Source: Zygnema circumcarinatum SAG 698-1b (Eukaryota > Plantae > Zygnematophyceae). Taken from it: a DNA stretch of 64,000 nt. Of this stretch, positions 45,759 to 57,862 are shown piece by piece (within the stretch, counting starts at the first letter, position 1; every line of letters begins with the position of its first letter). The stretch is from assembly GCA_037447605.1 (NCBI GenBank), contig CM074804.1, forward strand, positions 4,193,909 through 4,257,908. The letters run 5' to 3'. A program made the position numbers and the translations under genes. The notes below the pieces were generated by a model, which saw only the letters and a list, made by a program, of their open reading frames with translations, was not told the origin of the DNA and ran no database searches.

Positions 45759-48154
45759 ATGGAAAACCAAGTTGGAGATGGAGGCGGTCAAGTAATCACA
45801 GAGAGCAAAGTTTTGTCGCCGACAGTGTTGCCAGTCGTATCGAAGCCTGTAAGCTGAAGATTTCTTGAAGCCTTGGTTTAGGGCCTAGAAATTGGAGTAC
45901 TATTCGGGCTTCTCATTTCTTTACGAGTATTTCAGCAAGAGACGAGTAACGCTATTTGTCTTGTACTCTATCCTTACCTGCTGTCGACTGCGGCTTGAGG
46001 TCGACTTTGTCGAGTAACTTGCCTGATATCGGGTCAAAAGAGTTGGTTATGCATCGATATGAAAGTAGCGGATGATTCATTTAGATTAATGTCCATGTTT
46101 GTGACACAAATTCCTAGGAGTTTCGGATGCATGTCGGAGTTGAAAAGTTCGTGTACTGCTTTAATGGCACTTGAATGATCACAACGCTAGTATTTCACTC
46201 ATACTCAACTAGAATTTAACTTAACTTACATTGCTTCTCGGGTACGTCGAAACGCAACCTTCAGATTGCTGTGGAAGTCACTATGATACTCCAAGTAATT
46301 GCACACACAGGTAAGTAAATGGTGCAGCAGATAATGTTGAGCTTGAGGCACGTGGCGGGCTGGGAGACAGGTGGATGGAAAGTTTTTGAGCTTGGGTAGG
46401 CTACTGGACATTGTATCTATCCTCAGCCATCTTGCCTTTTTCGGCATCATTGGGGTATGTAGCATGAGCCTTTCATGTGAATGTTACAGTAAGTGAGCTG
46501 GCTTACGTGATTCGGCTGCACCGATGATGCGGACGACGATGCAACTGCAAATTGCTGCGTGCGACGACTATCGTCAGCATATTCTGGGTATGCGTCAGCG
46601 TATGCCAGAGAAGTAGACCCGTATTGACTGAAATGTTTTTGTTTTTTGTGCCTGTAGGTGCTGATTAGATACTCCTTCGAACTTTTGCTGGGTCCGGAAG
46701 TCGGAAGGGTTACTGATGATCAGCAGGCACTGTTCATTGACCTTCCTGCAAACATGGTAAGCTGCGTCGATGCTTCGATGTAAGTGCTCAAGTCAATGGG
46801 ATTAAAAATTCTGGGCGTGTTTTATTTGAGTGCACCTTTAGATGACAGCAAGAATCAAGCGCCGTTCAATTGTACTATTTCGATTCTGCTGGCCTAGGAG
46901 TGATTAGTAAGTTGTGTTCCAAAACACATTCAACTCATTCCAACGAAGTCCATTTTCCTGAACGTGGATCATGCAGGTCGGTTCGTTCATTATGGGATGG
47001 GTTGGTGTAGTGGCAAAAAAGACAATCGCATCCTTTTCAGAGCAGTTGGCTGTGGGGCTTTCCACGGGGCTCTGCGGCAGCATTACGACGTTTGCATCGT
47101 GGAATCAGCGCATGTTGGCCATTCTTTCCAAGGGCCTGTGGTTTCGTGCACTATCGGGATATGTTATTGGTAAACGTCGAAATGATATCCACTCAGATTG
47201 ATGTTCCGCAATCGTTTACAACATATATGCATATTGCTCAATCCTTCTGTGTTGAGGCTACTGTAGGCCTTCATTTGTTTGTCTTACAAAGCAGGGCCTT
47301 ATGATTGCAGGAGCGGAACTGGCGTACATATCGCTCCTCATCGGCATCGATTCCTGCACAGCTTTTCTTACTTTCATTGAAAACCTGCAGTGCAGACGGG
47401 AGGAGTCCGGCAAGCTCAGATTTCAACTGGTTACTGCAGATCACGTTGATCGTCGCTGGTTCAGCTTGGTCCTTTTCTTCACAACCTCCGCCCTTTTTTG
47501 GGTGGGAGGGGCTATCGGAGCCGCTGTCGATGTGCACTGCTTAGCTCGGAGAAGGCTATGGCTGGCGACAGTTTTAGCCCCATTTGGAGTGTGGCTTCGT
47601 TGGTTCTTGTCCAGGTTCAATGGTTGGGGGTTCGGGAAGAATAATGATGTTTTGCAGTGGATTCCGTGGGGGACGTTTGTTACAAACGTCGCAGCAGCCG
47701 CAATCGAAGCGATCCTCTCAACAGTGGTCCTCGCTGTAAGATTTGAAAGCCGCCCGTTTAAGGATACTGCTTGAATGCCTCAATTGGCCGAGGGAGTAAG
47801 CGAACTCTGCAGATGCATAGGTTTCTGTTGAGAAATCGCGTATATGATTCAACACCTGATCCCCTGAACCTTCGATTCTCCACATGATCTGGCATTTGCA
47901 TGTAGGTGCAAGATGACACGAACATCTTTGTAAACGGCGCGTTGCAGCTTGGATTCCTCGGCTGCATGAGCACTGTTTCAACTCTTGTTGTGGAGGTCAG
48001 AACGTTACGGAGCTCGAGCTCAGCACCATGGCGGAGTTATGCCTACATGCTAATTTCTCTCGTGGCGTCTTCCACGATCGGCATCCTCCTTTACAGTATC
48101 CCGGTTTGGGTGAATCATTATGATTCAAAATACAACGCTATTGGGTTGTGCTGA
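45759..48154 (+). CDS. FEX: Fluoride export protein FEX (two fused CrcB/Fluc domains)
   Basis: Exons encode SHLAFFGIIGVLIRY...LFIDLPANMVGSFIMGW...GLSTGLCGSITTFASWNQ and LAPFGVWLRWFLSRFNG...IPWGTFVTNV...GFLGCMSTVSTLVVE. The start codon is tentative. Confidence 0.92.
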
Positions 48155-49926
48155 TTTCGACGCATCCCCCCGCCCACAAATTTCATACAGGGCGAGTTTT
48201 GCAGTGGCCTAAGTGCCTTCTCGGCGAATACTTAGGGCTCGGCTCTCCAATCAACTCGTCGTGTGATTGGATTTTTGACTCCTTTCTGACGGAAACACCC
48301 CCAATTTTAATTCCGCAACTCATTGTAAAATTCTACAGCAGGAAGGCAAAGTGTTTAGTAAATTTGTTTGTATTAGTTTTAATGGTATTGAAGCAGAGCA
48401 TGTCTTTTAAGTGTCTTTTTGGTTAACGTTCCAAAATTCGCACAGGACAAGTAATGTGGATAGGATACATGCAGTGGTCGGGAATTCTTGACTTGGCTAA
48501 GAATATGGCTGAGAAGAAACTCTGATGAAAAAAAGGACTACCTATGTACGACTTCAATCAATTTTATACTCGGCTATAACTTGGCTTGGCTGGTCGGAGC
48601 TTGACTGGACTGGTTAGTACTTGCACGTGTTACTTCGCCAGTCCTTAGTCACATTTTTATTTTAAATTTATAGATTTGTAATTGCAATAGACCGGCGTTT
48701 GGACATCACACGCCTGAACAGGCAGTCGCAGCCCGAACCGCCATGAAACCGCCATGCAAGGGTGGTGACAGCCGCAGTGCCCAATCCTTACAGGGAGGGT
48801 ATGACGGCATGCTTGAGAGCACGGCTGTAGAAAATGTGACGAAGGTGTGGCTGTTGACCACCCCTGTGATCACTACTCGAGTGACTAATTTGCCATCCAC
48901 TGGGCAATCTTTATCACAAGTCATCATTTAGCCGAGCAAAGCCAACGATTCGATAAGTAAGACTGCCACCACTACATGTCACCAAATTTCTAGTTTGTTA
49001 CGTTTTGAGCTTGTCGATGTAAAGGTTTTCTCTCTATATTTTCTGGGTTTCTCATGCCTCCAAAGGAAAAGAAAAAACCCAGAAAGAAACCCCAGAAATC
49101 TGGTGCTGTGTAGTGTGCGCTTGATGTTTGTTAGACGGGCCTTTAGCGGTAAGGCAGGCTTTAGGTTTTACAGTTTTGAATATCTTTATCGTTAATACTC
49201 GTTGTTCGTACTCTGTAGGCCTTGTTGTTTACGATGTCATAATCCATTCTTGATTATTTTTTCTTTCTTTTTATCATCCTGACTACTTCAGTAGTCATTT
49301 CTAGCAGAGGCTGGAGAGATATTGGCGCAGCTCTGATCTGTGCTATCCTTGTGGAACCTGCCGTGAGCCGGTCATCCAAAAAGCATTCATTTTGTCTGCA
49401 CTTCCATTTTAATGAGACCTTTTGTGCTCACATTTTTTGCTTCATTGACTTAGACAGGTCGCTGTACGATTGATATGAACGCGGATAATTGTAAGTACGT
49501 CACCGAGAAACGAGCAAACCATTGATGTATTTGCATGATTTTCCTTTAAAAAAAGAACACGTATGGTAATATTAGAGACTAACGTCTGATAGAGAAGAGA
49601 TTTGGTCGTCGGCCAAAAGCCCTTGTAGTGGACGCAGCGGCGGGATTTAGCAGACGCATGCAGGCCACCCCACGCTCCAGTTACGCGAGCAGGCCCGTCC
49701 AACCCTCCGAACATGGCTGTGGCGCACATCGCCGTTCCACGCTCCTCCACTTTCCAGCCGCGCGATCTCGTCACTCTCTCCCTCTCTCTCGCAGACGTCG
49801 CAGCTCGCTCCCCAGCAGCTCCGTCATCACTTCAAAGCCAAATCCTGATCAGGATCGGCGCCCGAAGTCTGACCCCCGAATGGAGCTCAAAACATAAAGA
49901 GCTTGAAGGGTTCAGTTTGAACTCTG

Positions 49927-51935
49927 ATGCTGAACCCCGGCATGGGTGAGGGCGCTCATGGCTGCTGGACTTGCAGTCCACTGGCTGAACTCCCTCCTGC
50001 CGGAGCTCCCCCCTCGCTTTCTCTGTTGCCAGCAACAGAGCTTCCCTCTTCGTCCGCGCAGTTTCTAACGGAGGTTATGGAACGACAGACGCGCATTCTG
50101 CATAGTATTACAATGTTGGAGGAGAGGCTCTGCCTGAATGGGATAGTTGCAAAATTTGGAGCATTATCATCACATTCTTATATGTCTGGAAGTGCGGACG
50201 GACTGCTCAAAACCCTAAAGCCGGAAACTCCAGGTGAAGTGGATAAATTAAATCATGAACTTGAGGTTAATTCTCAGTGCGGTACACAAGTTCGGCTGGA
50301 AGCTATTTTACGAGCAGCTGGTGCTCAACATTTTAAGTTTGTACGAGTTCCGAGCGATTATTATGAGCATTCGTATGATTATCGGCGGGAGGCGCTTGGA
50401 GCCGCATCAGTGGAGCATCTCTGCAAAAGCATTGTCATGGTGTGGAGGCAGACATGCACGCCTTTAAGCCTAACAATGTTTCTACTTCAGGGTTTCCAGT
50501 TCGTCCTTTTTGATTTCCTCTAGAATGCAGTAGGCGTTCTTTTCCTGTACGCTGCTCTGTCTCAGCTTTGTATACAAACTGGCAGTTAACCTTGTCCATG
50601 GAATTTCGCAGGGAGCGCTTCTGTTGTCTGTGATGTAGAACTGTAACACTCTTTGTCTGTCTCCCCTCCCCCTCACCCCCCACCAAGTAAAAAGAGGAAA
50701 AAAAATAACAATTTTAGTATGGTTTTTGCCCGGCAGGTGAATACACAAGCGGCGCAAGAGGTGGTGAATTGCAGTGACCTCAAGAACTCCAAGTATTATG
50801 TGGTGGTGGTTCAGGTGGGGGGCCTATCCACTCTTGTCTCAATTTTATAACGGTTTCCGCCATTTCGAATGATTTTTCACATTTAACTCAGAGTTGCTAT
50901 CCAGTCTTTTTAAACAAAAGAGTTCCATTCTGTTCAAATTTTAAATGTGTTCAGCTTTTTCAAGGGTTACAGTTTTCCAGGCTTTTAGTTAAACTTGATA
51001 GTAGTCGGGTTATTTAAGGGCTTTCCTTTCATGCATTTTGAGATTTTATTTGAAACGAGTTGAAACGCTTCAGGTGTCTTTGGGAACTCAGGTTGTTCTA
51101 TGCAATATCCTCTACATGCTGCCTGTTATTGGAAGCTGAACTGTTTGTTGCATGTGCCCCTTTGCAGTATGCAACGCGATTAAATGCGGAAAAGGTGCGC
51201 CAGTTCATCCATTCATTGAATGAAGGAAAAATTCCCAAAAAGCGCTTCAACAGTAAGGCTTTCCACTTGCACAAAGGACCTGAGAGGGAAACATGATTGC
51301 TCAGTCGGTAGTGTTCAACATACTCTGGTTTTCATGCAAAACATTACGTTCTCCAGCTTTCCTTCTGCTTCTTCTCATCATACTTCCACTGCGCCTACCT
51401 ATCGACTCTTGACAAGACCCCTCTTATAGTCGGAACGATGTTCAGGCTGCCGCCCTTCCTCTATACCTTTTACTGTACGAAAAGATAAAGGTCTCCATTC
51501 CAACTTGCACCTTCTCCTTCCCTTCCTTGCTCCAAACTGACCTGAAAATCCACACGCTCGGGATGGTAGCACAGTGAGGTTGGCGCCTGAGGAGGACTCG
51601 CATGCACTGACTGGATTCGAGCATAACGCCGTCACTCCTATTGGAATGAAAACGCCAATTCCTGTAAGCAGTCTTCTTTCTTCATTTTTTTCTTTTAGCC
51701 TTTTTACGCCTTCCACCTCAGTTTCCTTTTCCATGCGATGTGCCCCCCCTGCTTTTATGTTGATCTGTGTTTCGATTCCGTATTTCAAACGCAGGTCATT
51801 CTGTCTGATGCGATCGTGCGACTGCAGCCCGATTTCTTTTGGTTGGGAGGCGGGGAACCTGACCTAAAGCTTGGGATCAAAACAAGCGAATTCATTCGCG
51901 TGGTCCGCCCGTTCATCACCGATTGCACCCATTGA
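49927..51935 (+). CDS. YbaK/aminoacyl-tRNA synthetase-associated (ProX-like) editing-domain protein (At4g16510-like)
   Basis: Exons: FKFVRVPSDYYEHSYDYRREALGAASVEHLCKSIVM / VNTQA...SKYYVVVVQ / YATRLNAEKV...PKKRFN / MRLAPEEDSHALTGFEHNAVTPIGM / VILSDAI...FFWLGGGEPDLKLGI. Confidence 0.9.
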
Positions 51936-51990
51936 TTTCTTCAGAAGTTCGACACCGATTGCACCCATTGATTTTTTCAGAAGTTCGACA
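51917..51990 (+). repeat. 36-bp tandem duplication spanning the YbaK stop codon
   Basis: caccgattgcacccattgattt(c/t)ttcagaagttcga at 51917-51952 and 51953-51988, one mismatch. Confidence 0.95.
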
Positions 51991-52565
51991 AAAATAGATG
52001 AGTCTTTGGCAAACATTGACGCGTCTGTCCATAGTTATTATGGTTTCATAAGCCAGTTTTTCCCTTACCGGATTCTCTCAAGCCGGTTGCCTTGAGTCTG
52101 TTCAGTGATCGGTTTTAATAAAAAAAAATAAACAAAGGAGAAGGCATTTACATGCTTAAGGAGCAAATCGCGATATGAAAAAAATGTTTTGTTTCTCTTT
52201 TCTCCAATTTTCTCAGAAAAGGGGTAAAGTAAAAAAGAGTTTGCTGTCATTATTTGTTCCATGGTCTCAAGCAAACGGAGACGATGGAGTAGAGTACACA
52301 CGTGGAAGCTGTTGGCTGTTTGCAACCGCTCCTAACTCGATTTATTTTCTGGACACTCTACCATAAAAACCCTAAAACCCCTAGAAATTTAACCGAACTA
52401 CACGATTTTGAGTGTTCGGGTACTTAGAATCTGTACAGTGCTTGTTGGAGTTTCTGCCTTGCCTTATTTTAGCAAAGTTATGGGCCCCAAAAAGATATTA
52501 AAACAACAATGAGTAGAACAATGTCAATTTTTGTTTGTCAAACACCTGGCCAGCTTTGATTTTTT

Positions 52566-55500
52566 TTATAGATGTCCATCTTTGACGGGCGTGACCAGCA
52601 ATGGTGCGGCCAATGGACTCTGCTCCTCTGCCTGTCCTCGAAAAAAACCTCCTCTCAACCTGTAACAAAAGGTGGCCCCACATTCAGCTCTCTTTCTTTG
52701 TATCACTCCCGTTTTTTTATGAATTCTAAACTTTTATTTGCGAGTTAAATTTGAAGGAAATGACACAACACCCTCCACAGCCACGGAAACAATGCAGCAG
52801 TACAACCCCCCACTTGAACTTGTTAAGCGCACCTTTGCCAAGAGTCCGTCGATTTCAAACATTGTTGGAAAATTCTTCTAGCGCTGGTGGGTCCCACCAC
52901 AAGGTACGCGATGAAGGCGAGATAGGCGCCCCCTCCTGTGCAGGCGAGAGAGATGCCGAGGCGTGTGGGAGGGAAGGAGACCGCTGCTACGTGGTACAGC
53001 AGGTAGAGGTTGATGCCTATGACAAGGACGCTGATGAGGGAGGCTATCACCTGCTCAACAACACAATGGGAGCAAGACATGAAGACTGTCGGTATATGAG
53101 TCTCTCCCTGTCTCGTTCCCTCCTCTACGCTTCAACTTATCACTCTGTCCCTTGCCATCCCTCCGCCTCTTTTTTGAGCCGTGTTACTTGAAAACTTGAA
53201 CAAAGCGAGCATGCTAAGACGACAAACAGACGGCTTCAAACCTATCTCTTATTCACCCAAAACACATTCCCACCCTAAAAAAGCGCATTCCCCCAAATCT
53301 TTGGTGTGACTTCATCTCAGCCGATACACTGCAAACCCTTTCGCTTCCATATGCAGCATTAACCCACCCATCCCGCTCCTTTCGAAAGCCGAAAGTTTCC
53401 TCAATCCAATAGTTTTTCCCTTCCCCACTCCTTGCCCACTCTCCCTGGCCCATATTCCCACACCATCTCCCCAGGTGCCCAAAAAAGACTTCCCCTCCCG
53501 GCCGCCCGGCCGCCCGCCCGCCCTCTCTCCTTCCTTCCCTCCCTTCATCTCTACCCCCTTCCCCTTGGGTGCCGATCTACAAGCACTCTCCCTCCCCCCA
53601 TCTTCTCCTTCCCCACTACCCCATCCATTCCTTCCATCCCTCCCTTCCTCCATCGTCATGCACCTTCTCCTAGGTGCCTGTCCCAAAACCCTTCCCCTCT
53701 CCACCCCTCCCATCTTCCCCCACTCTCTTTCAGGATACCCATGTAAAAACATACACCCTCCCTTCCCTACGCTTTCTCCTCCCTCCCTCCACTCCCCCTC
53801 TCGCCCCTCTCGACCCCTTTGCTCTCCCATGATCTCTTCCCCCTCGCTCGCTCCCCCCTCCCGCCCGCCCCCCCCCCCCCCCCCTTTCACCCTCCTCGCT
53901 CCTCCCCTCCTCTCCCCACCTCTCCTTCCCCTCATCTCCCCTCCCACTCATTCCCCCGCTCGCTCTTTCTTCCGTCTTCCGTCCCTCGCTTCTCCCCCCG
54001 TCCCCCCTCCGGTTCCCCTCTCCCTCCCGCTTCACCCACCTTTGTCCGCCGATTGATCACAAACACGCCCATGAGCTCCGGACTGGAAACCACGAGGAGC
54101 AGCGGCAGCAGCGCGAAGGGCAGCTGCACCGCCTGCAGCATGTTCAGCCCCTCGTTCAGGAGGTCCAGCCTGCGCTCTGATTGGTCGAAAAGGAGCGCCA
54201 CGGCGACAGTGGGCACGATTGACACGCTGCGAGTGATCACTACGCGGGTCCACTTCTTCACCCGAAGATTCAAAAATCCCGCCATTACAAACTGCCCTGC
54301 ATAGGTTCCGGTCATAGTGCTGCTCTGACCTGCTGCAAGAAGGCCCACAGCCCATATATACAATACAGGAAAAGTGCTCGTTCCAAACGCTTCCTGCAAA
54401 GATGCCAATTCATGGGACTTGCTTAGCTCTTTTCAGAACAAAAGTTTGTTTTCTGTAGGAAAGGGAGCTTTCAGCAATCAAGTGGGTGAGGGGTTGCTTG
54501 CTGACCTGCAAAAAGTTGCCAGCATTTAAAAGCCCGATTTTGTCTGCAGTTTCTGTTCCAGCGAAAAGTTTCGCAAAGACAGATACAACCGAAAGGTTCA
54601 CTAAAAAAGTGATTATTAAAGCCACAGTTGATTCAACGCTGTAGTATCTCAACGCTTCACGAACTTTTCCTTCGTTTCTGTGGTCAACGGCTCTTGATTG
54701 CACGAGTGCTGAATGCAGAAATATATTGTGAGGCATGACGACAGATCCAATAACTCCTACAGCTATACCTGTAGCTGAGCGAGGAACCGAAGGAATAATG
54801 AGTCCTGCATAAAAAAATGCAGGTAGAAAAAGTGGGTCTCATTCTCTGCAGTCATACGCATGAGACGGCCCTGTATAGCCCATCCGAGAAAAAAAACGAA
54901 CGAATTGGCTGAGTGAAGGTGATGGCCTTACCTTTTGCGATCTGGCCCAGATTAGGTTCGGTTTCGATGAACATTCGGAAAAAGGAAACCATCATGACAA
55001 CGATAAATCCGCCAAAAAGAGCCTCCAACTTCCGAACACCAAAACTCTCTAGGCTTAAAAAGAGGAACCTGCGAGAGCCGCTCCCTCAGCCCTTCAGGCC
55101 GAGGCAAGACTTTGCGCGTCCACCTCCCAATGATGTTTACTAAAAAAAAGTTTTAGACCTTCGTGGGAAGGTACATGAATTCCACCGATATAATTGTATT
55201 CTCCTTCCTTTTTTTTTTTTTTTGGAATTGACATCTTATAGAAGTGAAGTCGTACCCGTCAACTGCAGTAATGAGCACTCCAGCCCAGAGGGGAATAAAC
55301 CCCCGAGACAAAATTCGGAAGGCGATTGCGCTTCCAATGACTTCTTGAATGTCCGATCCACAGATCGCAATTTCTGTCAGCAGCCATAGGGCCCACCTTG
55401 CAGGCGCGGGATACTGCTTCCGACAAAGCTCTGCGAGATGTAGACCTGTGGCGACCCCTACACGAGCGGATAGAAGCTGCAGAAAATCGAGACAAATGAA

Positions 55501-56721
55501 ATAACGGCGTGAATGAATGGGGAACGGAATGGCAGTTCCCAACACGAAGTTCACGAAGGATCATACCAACCATACTACTTAGTTCTCTTCGGGTAAACTC
55601 ATAACACAATTGTACCTCCACTTCACTCCGCATGACGATCCAAAGTGATCAGTGCAGCAGCAAAACTGAAGGAGAACCGCCATAGAAATGGCATAGAGCT
55701 GCCGTAACTTGCCATAAAGTGCTACAAAACTAGTATGAAATAGGTATTTTGCCATAAAATTGCTGCAATCTGCTGTAGAACTGATATAGAACTGCTGTTA
55801 ATTTACAACTGCAGTTCCATCTAGGCGGGCGGTAGTTGACGCCTGCCTGCAGGAAGAGGCCCATGGCGGTGGCCCCGAGGAGGACCCAAAGCAGCGCGTA
55901 GCCACTCTTCGCGCCGGCCTGAAGGTCGCTCTCGATGTTGCCCGGGTCAAGGTACGCGATGCTCATCAGGAAGCCCGGCCCCGTGAAGGCAATAAGCTTC
56001 CTCCACGAGAACTTTGGCACTGATCGGTAAAAAATGGGCAGAAGACAAAGGCAGTAATGAAGTAAGAAGCTGAAGTTGGTTCTTCAGCTAAGAACCATGC
56101 TTATCTCATCTCCCTGATAAAAAATGATTGCGCAGCAAGTTGATTTCGGTATTGCGGATTCTTTTTGAAGGCGCAATAATTTCATTGCTCCTGAATAAAG
56201 CTCCTTTTCTGGATATGCAAGATTATGATCTCATCCATGACCCACATTTCTTTCGTCACGTCCTTTCAAACACAATAAACACCTTGATGAGAGGCTCCCT
56301 TACATCCTGACCACCTTTTCATCCATCCATCAATAAAGTATACAGGAAAACCAAAAGGAAGCGAATCTTCCGCACAATTAATGAGACTCATCTTCAAAAT
56401 TTCTCCGTGTCGCCTTAATCACGCCTCCTTCAAGTCAAAATTGAAGTTTTAAATAATGCCTCTTCCAAGAAGACCTGAGCTTCAGGGAGTTAACGTGTGT
56501 CAGAAGCTTCCGAGAAGCTGCTGATATCGAGAAAGAGAGTGCGGTTGCCTACCACCTCGGTGGTTCAATTCTTCGCCTTCTACTGCTGACGTGGCCTCTT
56601 CGCATTCTTCCACGTGAACCTGTGCTGCTGATCCGTACGCGTGCTCCTCCTCCAAGATTGCAGCGGCCTGAGACTGACATTCCACTTCAGAGGGACGTCG
56701 GAGAGGCAATGTGGGCACCAT
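52566..56721 (-). CDS. NRAMP: NRAMP divalent metal (Fe/Mn) transporter, NRAMP2/3/4-like
   Basis: [46 protein letters not shown] and the consensus transport motif [20 protein letters not shown]. The last exon (52566-52660) is tentative. Confidence 0.95.
53280..54040. repeat. Polypyrimidine/polypurine low-complexity tract in an NRAMP intron
   Basis: Several hundred bp of C/T-rich sequence on the plus strand. Confidence 0.85.
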
Positions 56722-57862
56722 GGAGAGAGAGAGAGAGAGACAGAGACAGAGAGAGAGGGAAAGATAGATAGAGAGAGGGAGAGGCACAGAGGGAGAGAGA
56801 GTAAGGGAGAGTTCAGTATGCTTTTTATGATATCTGAGAAGCTGGAGCGAGGCGGGAGGAGGAGAACGAGGGCGCGAGTCAGCCCCGAGGGGCCGCGAGA
56901 GGGAGGCGGGAGAGGCGCAGGAAACACAGCGTGCACGGCCGCTGTTCCGTTGTAGCGGACGCTCTCAACTGGCTCTATGACCAATTTAAGAATGAACGGG
57001 ACCATAGAACATGAAGGGGGGAAGTACATGGAAAAAGTTGTGTTACTCTAGCACAACTTGTACGCACGTGGCGAATCGCTATTGGAAGACGCTCCGTAAT
57101 TGGAGGAAAGTAACACAGGGCTGTGCGCCCCGCGCGAGGACGGGTCCCCCTTCGACCAATCAGAGACCTCGGGACGTGTTCTTGGAAAAAAAGGAAAATC
57201 TTTAGGAGCCTCCGATTGGTCGGGCGAGGACCGAAAGCCGGGCCGGGCCTGGGCACGGGCTTCACCAGAGACTGTAACGGGAACTGTGCACATGGAACGA
57301 GGACACTTCCGTGCAAGCTCCGTCGGAGCCCAACATGTGACGTGTCGGAAAGGCAAGGATAAACCACGTGACGTGGCACAACGTGGATGACATGTCAGCA
57401 AGCATGAGATGTCACATGCTGCTGACGTGGCAATGAACGCCTCGGGGGTTGCCACGTGTCATCCGAAGATTTGTGAACACGTATTGGTGATCAGCCATTC
57501 ACGGTCAACGTGGCGCCCCGAGAGCAGGCAGGCAGAAAGCAAGGCCCCACACAAGGTACCGACTTTCGAGGCAAAGCTAAGAAAGGACAAGTAACTCACT
57601 CTCTCTTTACAGAATCGCATCAAAAATGGCAATTGATGGCAGTGCTATCATGGTTGTCCACTCAAGGCCCAACACTGCCACTCTCCTCTCCCCTTTCACC
57701 TTTGCCTACCCTCCCTGCCCAAACATTCCCTCCTAATACCTGCTGAATATAAAGTTGACTACAACTTATCTACAATGCACATTCTCTCTAAAGTAATAAA
57801 ATAAAAACTCACCGGCGAGGAGAGTTTAGAGAGAGAGAAAGAGAACGACAACCAGCACCTGC

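Noticed and set aside
41861-56721. sHSP, FEX, YbaK and NRAMP as a stress or ion-homeostasis gene cluster
   Set aside because: Mixed orientations, unrelated pathways and ordinary single-copy plant genes; adjacency alone is not evidence of a system.
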